Part shown: positions 9,504 through 17,749 of the stretch, piece after piece
Numbering within the stretch: the stretch's first letter is position 1
How the letters are laid out: each line of letters begins with the position of its first letter
Origin: an uncultured Chloroflexota bacterium
GTDB taxonomy: Bacteria; Chloroflexota; UBA11872; VXNJ01
Reading direction: 5' to 3'
Assembly (NCBI GenBank): GCA_964474495.1
Contig: CAYYTN010000002.1
Coordinates: 1 to 42,860 of the forward strand
Length of the DNA: 42,860 bases
The notes under the pieces: model-generated
Seen by the model: only the letters and a program-made list of their open reading frames with translations
What the model was told of the DNA's origin: nothing
The model's database searches: none
Position numbers and translations under genes: made by a program

Positions 9504-10955
9504 GTGCTGTACGCCTTTATCCTGCTGAATCTGGTGGCCGGCGCGGCGATATTCGCGCTGCCGGGCGACTGGAAGAAGGCGCCGCGCTGGGTCGCGCTGG
9601 CGGCCGCGACGGTTTCGCTGATCCTGTCGGTGATTGTGTTCGCCAGCTATGACCGCGACGCCGGCGGCTACCAATTGCAGGAATCGTTTGCGTGGTTGCC
9701 GTCGATCGGGGTCAGCCTGCACGTGGGCGTGGATGGAATCTCGTCGCCGATGGTGCTGCTGACCGGGATAGTGATCTTCACCGGGGTGCTGATCTCGTGG
9801 CGGATCGATGAGCGGCCGCGCGAGTACTTTGCGCTGCTGATGCTGCTGGTCGCGGGGACCTTCGGGGTCTTCGTCGTGCTGGATCTGTTTTCGCTGTTTT
9901 TCTTCTACGAGGTGGCGGTGCTGCCGATGTTCCTGCTGATCGGGGTCTGGGGCAGCACGCGCAAGGCGTATTCGTCAATGAAACTGGTGATGTTCCTGCT
10001 GGCCGGGAGCATCCTGATCTGGGCGGCCATGCTGGTGCTCTACTTCAACGCCGGCATCAACAGCTTCGACATTCTTGAACTGGAGCAGGCGGGCGTGGAC
10101 ACCACGGTCGCCCGGGTACTGTTCCCGATCTTCTATGTCGGATTCGGGGTGCTGGCCGGCATGTGGCCGTTCCACACCTGGTCGCCGGACGGGCATGTGG
10201 CGGCGCCGACGGCAGTCAGCATGCTGCACGCCGGGGTGCTGATGAAACTGGGGGCGTACGGCATCATCCGGGTTGGGATCCAGTTGCTGCCCGAGGGCGC
10301 GACCTACTGGCTGGGGGTGTTCCTGGCGCTGGCGGTGGTGAACGTGGTGTACGGCGCGTTTTCGGCGATGGCGCAGCGCGATTTGAAATTCGTTATCGGC
10401 TACTCGAGCGTCAGCCACATGGGCTATGTGCTGATGGGAATCGGCAGCATGACCGTGGTCGGCATGAACGGCGCGGTGCTGCAGATGTTCTCGCACGGGG
10501 TCATGACGGCCCTCTTCTTTGCGATGGTCGGAGTGATCTACGAACGAGCGCATACTCGCGAGATTTCGGCCTTCAGTGGCATGGCCAAGGTGATGCCCCG
10601 GTTCAGCATCATCTTCATCATCGCCGGCCTGGCTTCGCTGGGACTGCCCGGACTTTCGGGATTCGCGGCGGAGTTCCTGGTGTTCGCTGGAACCTTCCAG
10701 ACAGCCCCCTGGCTGGCGGTGCTTGGCATTATCGGGGTGGCCATCACCGCGACGTACATCCTGCGCCTGGTGGCGGGGATGTTCTTCGGGCCGGTAACCG
10801 AGAAGTGGCAGAACCTTGCGGACGCAAATCGACGCGAGACGGCGGTCGGCGTGATGCTGGTCGCAATGCTCCTGCTGTTTGGCCTGTATCCGCAGCTGAT
10901 GGTCGGATCGATCGACGTTTCGGTTCTACCGCTGCTGGCGAACTTGGGTGGCTAG
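9504..10955 (+). CDS. nuoM: NADH-quinone oxidoreductase subunit M
   Basis: Antiporter-like subunit (FPFHTWSPDGHVAAPTAVSMLHAGVLMKLGAYG). GTG 9504, just after the nuoL stop, is preferred over the track start 9462, which overlaps nuoL. Confidence 0.9.
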   Translation: MLYAFILLNLVAGAAIFALPGDWKKAPRWVALAAATVSLILSVIVFASYDRDAGGYQLQESFAWLPSIGVSLHVGVDGISSPMVLLTGIVIFTGVLISWRIDERPREYFALLMLLVAGTFGVFVVLDLFSLFFFYEVAVLPMFLLIGVWGSTRKAYSSMKLVMFLLAGSILIWAAMLVLYFNAGINSFDILELEQAGVDTTVARVLFPIFYVGFGVLAGMWPFHTWSPDGHVAAPTAVSMLHAGVLMKLGAYGIIRVGIQLLPEGATYWLGVFLALAVVNVVYGAFSAMAQRDLKFVIGYSSVSHMGYVLMGIGSMTVVGMNGAVLQMFSHGVMTALFFAMVGVIYERAHTREISAFSGMAKVMPRFSIIFIIAGLASLGLPGLSGFAAEFLVFAGTFQTAPWLAVLGIIGVAITATYILRLVAGMFFGPVTEKWQNLADANRRETAVGVMLVAMLLLFGLYPQLMVGSIDVSVLPLLANLGG

Positions 10956-12407
10956 ATGAACGGCACCGACTTTGCCTTTCTGCTCCCTGAAATCGTGCTG
11001 GTGGCGACGGCAATCACGGTGTGGACGGTGGATTTCTTCACTCCCCGGGACAGAAAGCCCGACATGGCCTGGCCGGCGGCCGCCGGAGCGCTGGTGGCGA
11101 TGGCGTTCCTGGCGATCTCCTGGGGCGAGCATCGGGAGATGTTCCTCGGCACGCTGCGGCTCGACAACTTCTCGCTGTTCTTCAGGTTCCTTTTCCTGGC
11201 GGTTGCGTTTTTCGTAATCGTCGGCTCGCCCGGCTACGTCCGCCGGAACCTGAAGAATGCCAGCGAGTTCTACGGGCTGATATTGATGTCCGCGGTGGGC
11301 GCGATGGGAATCGCGTCTTCAAGAGAATTCCTGACCGCGTACATCTCGCTCGAACTGGTTACGTTTGGCTTCTATGTGCTGGCTTCGCACGCCCGCCACG
11401 AGGCGCGATCCAACGAGGCCGGCGCCAAGTACCTGATTCTCGGGGCGTTTTCATCCGGACTCCTGCTATTCGGCATCAGCCTGATCTTTGGCGCGACCGG
11501 CAGCACCAGCTACGCCGAAATCGCCGCGGCGCTGGAGACGACGTCTGACTTCGGCATGGTGTGGACGCTGGGGGTGGCGCTGGTGCTGGCGGGACTCGGG
11601 TTCAAGGTGGCGGCCTTCCCGTTCCATTCATGGGCCCCGGATGTGTACGAGGGCGCGCCGCTGCCGATCACGGCGTTCTTGTCGGTCGGGTCAAAGGCGG
11701 CCGGTTTCGCCTTTCTAATCCGGCTCTTCGCCGAGGGGCTGCACCCGGTTCTGGATGACTGGCGGGTCGCTATCGGGGTAGTGGCGGTGCTGACGATGAC
11801 GTTCGGCAACCTGGTGGCGATTCAGCAATCAAACCTCAAGCGCCTGCTCGCGTATTCCAGTATTGCCCAGGCGGGCTACATCCTGGTCGGCGTGGCGACG
11901 CTCAGCGCGGATACGACGTCGGGGATGCTGCTGCACCTGGCCGGCTACACGGCTACGAATCTGGGGGCGTTCCTGGTTGTGATCTACTTCCACAATCTGA
12001 CCGGGAAGGAGGAGATCAACGATCTCCGCGGCCTCTACCGCCGGTCGCTGCTGATGACCCTGGTACTGGCGGTCTCGCTGCTGTCGCTGGCCGGGATGCC
12101 GCTGTTTGCCGGTTTCATGACGAAGTTCTACCTGTTCACAGCGGCCGCGGCCAGCCAGATGTGGTGGCTGATCGCACTGGCGGTCGCGAATAGCATCCTG
12201 TCGGTGTACTACTACCTGCTGGTCCTGCGGCAGGCTTTCGTTAACCCGGAGACGGAAGAGGAAGAGCAGCGGCCGGCGTTTCGGCTGCCTTCGCACGCAC
12301 GGGCGACGCTGTCGTTGCTGATGGTACTGGTGCTGTGGATCGGCATCTACCCGTCGGTGTTCGTGGACGCCGCCGAGGCCGGGTCGCGCGCCCTGTTCGG
12401 CGGCTAA
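10956..12407 (+). CDS. nuoN: NADH-quinone oxidoreductase subunit N
   Basis: The ATG directly abuts the nuoM stop. 483 aa with FKVAAFPFHSWAPDVYEGAPLPITAFLSVGSKAAGF. Confidence 0.93.
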   Translation: MNGTDFAFLLPEIVLVATAITVWTVDFFTPRDRKPDMAWPAAAGALVAMAFLAISWGEHREMFLGTLRLDNFSLFFRFLFLAVAFFVIVGSPGYVRRNLKNASEFYGLILMSAVGAMGIASSREFLTAYISLELVTFGFYVLASHARHEARSNEAGAKYLILGAFSSGLLLFGISLIFGATGSTSYAEIAAALETTSDFGMVWTLGVALVLAGLGFKVAAFPFHSWAPDVYEGAPLPITAFLSVGSKAAGFAFLIRLFAEGLHPVLDDWRVAIGVVAVLTMTFGNLVAIQQSNLKRLLAYSSIAQAGYILVGVATLSADTTSGMLLHLAGYTATNLGAFLVVIYFHNLTGKEEINDLRGLYRRSLLMTLVLAVSLLSLAGMPLFAGFMTKFYLFTAAAASQMWWLIALAVANSILSVYYYLLVLRQAFVNPETEEEEQRPAFRLPSHARATLSLLMVLVLWIGIYPSVFVDAAEAGSRALFGG

Positions 12408-12437
12408 CGATCGCGAGGCGCCACGGGGAGCGAGCCG

Positions 12438-12806
12438 ATGCGTCAGTCTGAGTTTGAGACCCTGGTAGGAGAGGTAATCGACGAGCTTCCGGCTGACCTG
12501 CTGCGCGCCCTTGAGAACGTCGTCGTCACCGTTGAGGACTCGCCTGACCCCGAGGACCTCCGCGAGGCAGGATTGCCGGCTGACGAGGATCTCTATGGCC
12601 TCTACATCGGCGTGCCCTTCACGGAGCGCGACGCCGGCTACGGGATGATGTTGCCGGACCGCATCGTGATCTACAAAGCCGTGTTGGAGCGCGATTTTCC
12701 GGATCCCAGGCACCTTCGCGCCGAGGTCAGGCGGACTGTGCTCCACGAGATCGGGCATGTCTACGGAATGGACGAAGAGGGCCTGGAAGACCACGGGGTG
12801 GGCTAG
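12438..12806 (+). CDS. zincin-like metallopeptidase family protein (DUF1025/Zincin_1 type)
   Basis: 122 aa, acidic, with an HEIGH zinc-binding motif near the C-terminus (VLHEIGHVYGMDEEGLE). Confidence 0.75.
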   Translation: MRQSEFETLVGEVIDELPADLLRALENVVVTVEDSPDPEDLREAGLPADEDLYGLYIGVPFTERDAGYGMMLPDRIVIYKAVLERDFPDPRHLRAEVRRTVLHEIGHVYGMDEEGLEDHGVG

Positions 12807-12829
12807 GCGCGGGCGTAGGATCGGCCGGG

Positions 12830-13210
12830 TCAGCCGCCGCGGAATCTGTCCAGCACGCCGCGCGCCGGGGGGGGGAAATAGCCGTATTGACGTTCGAGAA
12901 CCGCGTTGATGCGTGTGTCCTCGCGCCTGGCCCACTCCCTGGTAACTCCGGCGCCTCTGCCGATGAAGATTGCGGCGATGCCGACCCATGAGATTGGATG
13001 CGTCTCCAGCTTGCTCCGGTTGGCGGTGATCACGGCGTCGGACAGGATTGCGACCCGTTCCAGTGGTTCCGACGGCTGCTTGGCGACGTATATGAAGATG
13101 GCCGGACCGGCGATCACGGACACAACCATCACGGCGGTGACAAAGAGGCGCAGGGCGCCGAGCCAGGGCTTGCGCAGGGTGTCGATCTCTTTGCGGATTT
13201 GTGCGCTCAC
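12830..13210 (-). CDS. hypothetical membrane protein
   Basis: 126 aa with strong G/C third-position bias. One or two hydrophobic segments (LRLFVTAVMVVSVIAGPAIFIYV; ISWVGIAAIFIG). Convergent with the zincin gene. No family recognised. Confidence 0.55.
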   Translation of the reverse strand: MSAQIRKEIDTLRKPWLGALRLFVTAVMVVSVIAGPAIFIYVAKQPSEPLERVAILSDAVITANRSKLETHPISWVGIAAIFIGRGAGVTREWARREDTRINAVLERQYGYFPPPARGVLDRFRGG

Positions 13211-13834
13211 TGGACTCCGGGCCGGTACGTGACGAATACAACCACCACTGTCAATTCAGCATACACCGGCGGCGATCCCCGGCTGCCGCGGGATGGCGCT
13301 CCGGTTACATCCGGTCACCAGGGGCTCCACAATCGTGGCTCTATGGCGAACTCCCGGCGGGCTCGAATGCCGCCCATGCCGGAAATGTGGCGGCCCGGAT
13401 TGGCGCGTTCGGACGAACGCGCGAAGACCGTCGGACCGTTCATTCCGCGCTCCCGGCCCGCTCCTTTTGCTCGGAACCGGTCCCGTCGGGCGGCTCCTAC
13501 GGCTATCACACCGCCCTTCCGGGACGCCGGAAAGCGAGGGTTGCGGGCGGCTGATGTAGCTACATTCGTCGATCCGCCACGGCTCCTTGGATTCCCTGGG
13601 GCGATTGTCCGTTACCTTTGTAATGCCGCTCCTTACTCGTTCGGCGCACGCCGTCGACTTCTGACGCGCCCGGCGTCGATCACTGTCGCGGACGTCCGGC
13701 AACGCACCCCTCCGCTTCCCGCGAGAAGGTCCTGACCGTTGTCTTCACCGTCAGTCCGTCGCGGCCCGTACCGGGCTCCAAAGTGCTTCGGGCGACGGTT
13801 GCGCAGGTCGGGTGGTCAGTTCTGGCCGTGTCCG

Positions 13835-13865
13835 GTATCCACAGCCCGTCGTCATTTGTGGAAAA
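13835..13865. promoter_or_regulatory. pair of inverted DnaA-box-like 9-mers upstream of dnaA
   Basis: GTATCCACA (13835-13843) and TGTGGAAAA (13857-13865) each differ at one position from TTATCCACA/TGTGGATAA. They lie about 135-165 nt upstream of the dnaA start. Confidence 0.5.
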
Positions 13866-13998
13866 GGTGCGGTTGGAAGAAAAAAGTGGCGCGTACAGGT
13901 TCGGGGCGGGTTGGAAGGTGGGTGCCGACTGGCGTATCATTGCCGACACGCGGCGCTGGGCCGGGCCGGATAGACACCCCTGATGGAGTTTTCAACCG

Positions 13999-15351
13999 TT
14001 GATCGATCGTTCGACTTGGGATGCCGCACTGGGGACCCTGGAAGTACAAATGAGCAGTGGCCAGTTCGCCGCGTGGCTGAAGGATAGCCACTTTGTCGAA
14101 GGGGGTTCAGACCGCCTGGTGGTGGGTGTGCCGAACGCGTTCGCAAGAGAGACTATCGAGCGCAACTACCGTCCACTGGTGGCTGAGGCGATTCGTGATA
14201 TTGCCGGTCGCGACGTAGGCGTGACGTTTGTAATTGCCGGAAGATCGGAGGCTGATGCCTCCGGTGCGGCTCGCCACCCGGCGCCAGCGCCGGCGGTGGC
14301 CAGGCAGGCGCCGGCTGCTTTCACGGATACGCTGGAGGCCCGGTTCACTTTCGATCGGTTTATCGTCGGTCGGGGAAACCAACTGGCCCATGCCGCTGCC
14401 CGCCGGGTGAGCGAGCATCCGGGCGGGGCGTACAACCCGCTGTTTATTTACGGCGGGGTTGGACTGGGCAAGACGCACCTGCTGCGGGCAATCGCCGCCG
14501 CCGTCGCCGAGTCGCGACCGGGAGCCGAGATACTGTATGCGACCTCGGAAGATTTCACTAATGACTTGATCGCCGCCATTCGTGGCGGCAGCACCCCGCG
14601 CTTCCGGGCCCGGTACCGTTCGGCCGATGTGTTCCTGCTGGATGACGTTCAGTTCATCGCTGGTCGGGAGTCGACCCAGGAGGAGCTTTTCCATACCTTT
14701 GATGCCCTGCATTCGCAGGGGAAACAGATCGTGTTCACGAGCGACCGGACTCCCCACGACATCGAGCCGTTGTCGGACCGCCTCACAACCAGGTTCGCCT
14801 GCGGACTGGTGGCCGACATCCAACGCCCGGACGTTGAAACTCGAGTCGCGGTGCTAGAGGCGCGCGCGAGGACGGTCGGCGTGACGGTCCCCGCAGCAGT
14901 GACCACGTATCTTGCCAACTCGATAACCCGGAATGTCCGTGATCTGGAGGGCGCCCTCACGCGGGTGCTGGCCTACGCGGACCTCAATGGTGTGGGTCTG
15001 AACGTCGCTGCGGCCGAATCTGCTCTGCAAGGGTTGGCGTACGGGCCGAGCCGACGAGTCGTGGTGCTTGAGGACGTGCTGGAGGCCGTTGCGCGACACT
15101 ATCGCGTGGCAGCGGTCGATCTGGTCGGTCCGAGCCGCAGGAAGGGATTCAGTTTCCCGCGGCAGGTTGCCATGTACCTGATGCGCCAGCTAACTTCCCA
15201 GTCGTACCCGACAATCGGGGCTGCCCTGGGCAATCGCGATCATTCAACAATCCTTCATGGCTACCAGAAGATCACTGACATACTGGGGTCGGACGCCGGG
15301 CTGGCGTCCGAGATCGAGACCATTCGGGCGGCCGTCCTCGGCGGCAACTAG
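13999..15351 (+). CDS. dnaA: chromosomal replication initiator protein DnaA
   Basis: TTG start. Contains an N-terminal W..AL..L......F..WL pattern, Walker A GGVGLGKTHLL, LLDDVQFIAG, and C-terminal DNA-binding NRDHSTILHGYQKI. Confidence 0.95.
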   Translation: MIDRSTWDAALGTLEVQMSSGQFAAWLKDSHFVEGGSDRLVVGVPNAFARETIERNYRPLVAEAIRDIAGRDVGVTFVIAGRSEADASGAARHPAPAPAVARQAPAAFTDTLEARFTFDRFIVGRGNQLAHAAARRVSEHPGGAYNPLFIYGGVGLGKTHLLRAIAAAVAESRPGAEILYATSEDFTNDLIAAIRGGSTPRFRARYRSADVFLLDDVQFIAGRESTQEELFHTFDALHSQGKQIVFTSDRTPHDIEPLSDRLTTRFACGLVADIQRPDVETRVAVLEARARTVGVTVPAAVTTYLANSITRNVRDLEGALTRVLAYADLNGVGLNVAAAESALQGLAYGPSRRVVVLEDVLEAVARHYRVAAVDLVGPSRRKGFSFPRQVAMYLMRQLTSQSYPTIGAALGNRDHSTILHGYQKITDILGSDAGLASEIETIRAAVLGGN

Positions 15352-15707
15352 TCTGACCGCGGTGCCGCCCACTTGCATCTCCGACTTGCATCCGCGCATT
15401 CCGGTGCCCTCTGAGTGGACGGTCGTAAATCGGTCGCGGATGGGCAGTGGACAATCGCGGGGATACCAACTGCTTACAGATCATCATGGCAAGTTCTCCA
15501 TCGCTGTCCACGGCAATTGTCGATTTGTCCCTCACCCCCAAACAACGCAATGAAGCGCCGCCACTCCTTCAGATCTGTAGTTATCAACGTTCCCACGGGT
15601 ACTACTGCTACAACTGCTATTTCACAGCAATTTCGAAGAGATGCGGAAGCTGTTGAAGGACCCTGCTTGTTTGCGCGGCAGCGCCCAGCGATCGGGGATC
15701 GACAGCG
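15352..15707. other. candidate oriC segment (DnaA-box-like motifs plus an AT-richer stretch) between dnaA and parA
   Basis: AGTGGACAA (15446-15454) has reverse complement TTGTCCACT, an 8/9 match to the high-GC DnaA box TTGTCCACA. CTGTCCACG lies at 15504-15512. By hand count, 15541-15650 has 53 G+C out of 110, clearly below the flanking genes. It also contains the short direct repeat ACTGCTA-CA-ACTGCTA. Confidence 0.45.
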
Positions 15708-16475
15708 ATGACTGATCGCGGGTTCGTGTGGACCGTGGCAAACCAGAAGGGTGGGGTGGGGAAGACGGCGACGACGGTGAATCTCGGAGCGGCTCTAGCC
15801 GCGCTGGGATACAGAGTCTTGCTGGTTGATATCGATCCGCAAGGGAGTGCGACGAGCAACCTGCTCGCGGAGGATGCGTCCGCCGCCGACGTGTACCGGG
15901 TTATGACCGGGGCGGTGGGGATGGAGGCAGTGATTCGGCCGACCAGGGTAGCGAACCTGTCGGTGGCGGCGGCGAACGAGGATCTGGCGGCGGTCGAGGT
16001 GGAACTGGTCAGTGTGGCGGGACGCGAGGGGATCCTGCGGGACCGACTTGCCTCAGTGAGAGGGCAGTATGACTATGTGTTGGTGGACTCGCCGCCGACC
16101 TTGGGGATACTGACGATCAACTCGCTGGTGGCGGCGGACCGGGTGGTTGTACCGGTGCAGTGCGAGTACCTGGCACTGGAGGGCCTTACGAGGCTTCTAG
16201 GGACGCTTGAGAAGGTGGCGGCGTTGCGGGGAGTGGCGAGAATAGACAGACTGTATGTGCTTACCATGTATGACCAGCGGAACAATCTTGCCAGGGATGT
16301 GGTTAGAGAGGTAAGAGAGCATTTTGGCGGAGATGTGGCGCGGACCGTGATACCGCGAACTGTAAAGGTGGCGGAGGCTCCGGGATTCGGTCGGACGGTG
16401 TTGGAGCACGATCCGGGTGGACCGGCAAGTCTTGCCTACCGGGTTCTGGCCGAGGAGGTTACGGATGACGCCTGA
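15708..16475 (+). CDS. parA: chromosome partitioning ATPase ParA/Soj
   Basis: Deviant Walker A NQKGGVGKTATTVNLGAALA and LLVDIDPQGSAT, 255 aa. Confidence 0.95.
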   Translation: MTDRGFVWTVANQKGGVGKTATTVNLGAALAALGYRVLLVDIDPQGSATSNLLAEDASAADVYRVMTGAVGMEAVIRPTRVANLSVAAANEDLAAVEVELVSVAGREGILRDRLASVRGQYDYVLVDSPPTLGILTINSLVAADRVVVPVQCEYLALEGLTRLLGTLEKVAALRGVARIDRLYVLTMYDQRNNLARDVVREVREHFGGDVARTVIPRTVKVAEAPGFGRTVLEHDPGGPASLAYRVLAEEVTDDA

Positions 16476-17358
16476 GCGCAGTACCGGATTGGGGCGAGGG
16501 ATCGATGCGCTATTGCCGTCGGGCGTGAGGCAGGTCCTGGAGTTGCCGTGGAACGACATCAAGCCGAACCGGATGCAGCCGCGGCAGCGGGCCGAACAGG
16601 AACAACTGCAAGAGTTGGCGGGATCGATTGAGCGGTACGGGATGCTCCAGCCGGTGGTGGTGGCCGAGCGCGACGCCGACGGGATGTATGAGCTGATCGC
16701 GGGGGAGCGGCGGTGGAGGGCGGCGGGATTGGCGGGCAAGGAGACGGTGCCGGCGCTGGTCCGTTCGGTTGGAGAACAGGAGCGACTGGAGCTGGCGTTG
16801 GTGGAGAACGTGCAGCGGGTCGACTTGTCCCCACTGGAGCAGGCGCAGGCGTACCGGCAATTGCAGGCGGAGTTTGGGCTGAGCCAGGAGAGTATCGCGG
16901 GGGCGGTGGGCAAAAGCCGATCGACGGTGGCGAACACGATCAGGTTGTTGGATCTTCCCGGGGAGGCGTTGCGAGCGATCGCAGAGGGAAGCATAACCGA
17001 GGGGCACGCGCGGGCGATCCTGGCGGTGCGAGATCCGGCCGGGCGAGTGCGCCTGCTGAGGCGGATTCTTGAGGAGGGGATGACGGTGCGGGTGGCGGAA
17101 GGGACGGCGAGGACGAGCCGTGCCCAGGGAGAGACGCAGAAAGTGGACACCGAGGCGGACGCCCTCGCTGAGGCCTTCGGCGATGCTCTGCAGACCCGGG
17201 TGGAGATTCGCCGCAGTGGCAAAGGCGGCAGGGTCATTGTCCACTTCTACGGGGACGAAGATTTACAGGCGCTGTTTGAGCGAATTGTGCCAGCGCCGGA
17301 TGTTTCACGTGAAACATCTGATAATCCGCCGAAATACCGGGAGGAAGGGGACAGGTGA
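16465..17358 (+). CDS. parB: chromosome partitioning protein ParB/Spo0J
   Basis: ATG 16465 is preceded by GAGGAGG and overlaps the parA stop. Contains GLGRGIDALLP, LVENVQRVDLSPLEQAQAY and the HTH SQESIAGAVGKSRSTVANTIRLL. Confidence 0.95.
   Translation: MTPERSTGLGRGIDALLPSGVRQVLELPWNDIKPNRMQPRQRAEQEQLQELAGSIERYGMLQPVVVAERDADGMYELIAGERRWRAAGLAGKETVPALVRSVGEQERLELALVENVQRVDLSPLEQAQAYRQLQAEFGLSQESIAGAVGKSRSTVANTIRLLDLPGEALRAIAEGSITEGHARAILAVRDPAGRVRLLRRILEEGMTVRVAEGTARTSRAQGETQKVDTEADALAEAFGDALQTRVEIRRSGKGGRVIVHFYGDEDLQALFERIVPAPDVSRETSDNPPKYREEGDR
17301..17316. promoter_or_regulatory. parS centromere site
   Basis: TGTTTCACGTGAAACA is a perfect match to the canonical 16-bp palindromic parS. It lies inside the 3' end of parB. 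Confidence 0.9.
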
Positions 17359-17420
17359 GCCCGCGCACGGAGACGAGGTCCGGTCCGGGATCTAGCGCGC
17401 AATTGATGGAGTAGGTTCCA

Positions 17421-17738
17421 GTGTCAGATCGAAAACGGAAGAAGCAATCGCGGCGCTCCAGGCGATCGAACTCGGGTTCCGGCGGGCAGCGACGACCTCC
17501 GCCCCGACCGGTTGACACAACTCTATCGGGCGGCCAGGCGGATGCCCGAAGAGTTCGGAACCGAGCGGGTGAACTCTCCGGAGAGACCACTACCGGGGCA
17601 AATGCCGGCGCGGTTGAGGCCACTCCGGGACTGGCGCTGGGTGATCTGAGTCACGTATCCCGGGACCTGGTGCGTATCCTGGCGCTGGCGGCGATCATGC
17701 TGGTTCTCCTGGCGGCGGCCACCGTCGCGCTCGGCTGA
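17421..17738 (+). CDS. hypothetical small tail-anchored protein with a polybasic N-terminus
   Basis: GTG start after GGAG. The N-terminus SDRKRKKQSRRSRRSNSGSGGQRRPPPRP is followed by a single C-terminal TM segment, LVRILALAAIMLVLLAAATVALG. It sits between parB and the next gene with short gaps. Confidence 0.45.
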   Translation: MSDRKRKKQSRRSRRSNSGSGGQRRPPPRPVDTTLSGGQADARRVRNRAGELSGETTTGANAGAVEATPGLALGDLSHVSRDLVRILALAAIMLVLLAAATVALG

Positions 17739-17749
17739 AACCAGCGCCG

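Noticed and set aside
11829-13241. 470-aa - strand ORF
   Set aside because: It is antisense to nuoN and the zincin gene and has Arg/Gln/His-rich junk composition. Only the separate 12830..13210 frame on this strand looks coding.
13211-13830. Possible RNase P RNA, tmRNA or SRP RNA upstream of dnaA. Cues were CCGGGCUCCAAAG, a GGCGGGCUCGAAUGCCGCC T-loop-like hairpin, and GUCCCGGAAGGG.
   Set aside because: The hallmark blocks are absent on both strands. For RNase P these are GGAAAGUCCGGGCUCCA plus ACAGAACCCGGCUUA. For tmRNA they are a GGGG...UCGAC 5' end with a ...CCACCA 3' end. For SRP it is the GGUCCGGAAGGAAGCAGC helix-8 context. The T-loop-like hairpin has a 9-nt loop rather than 7. The region is kept only as an unexplained region.
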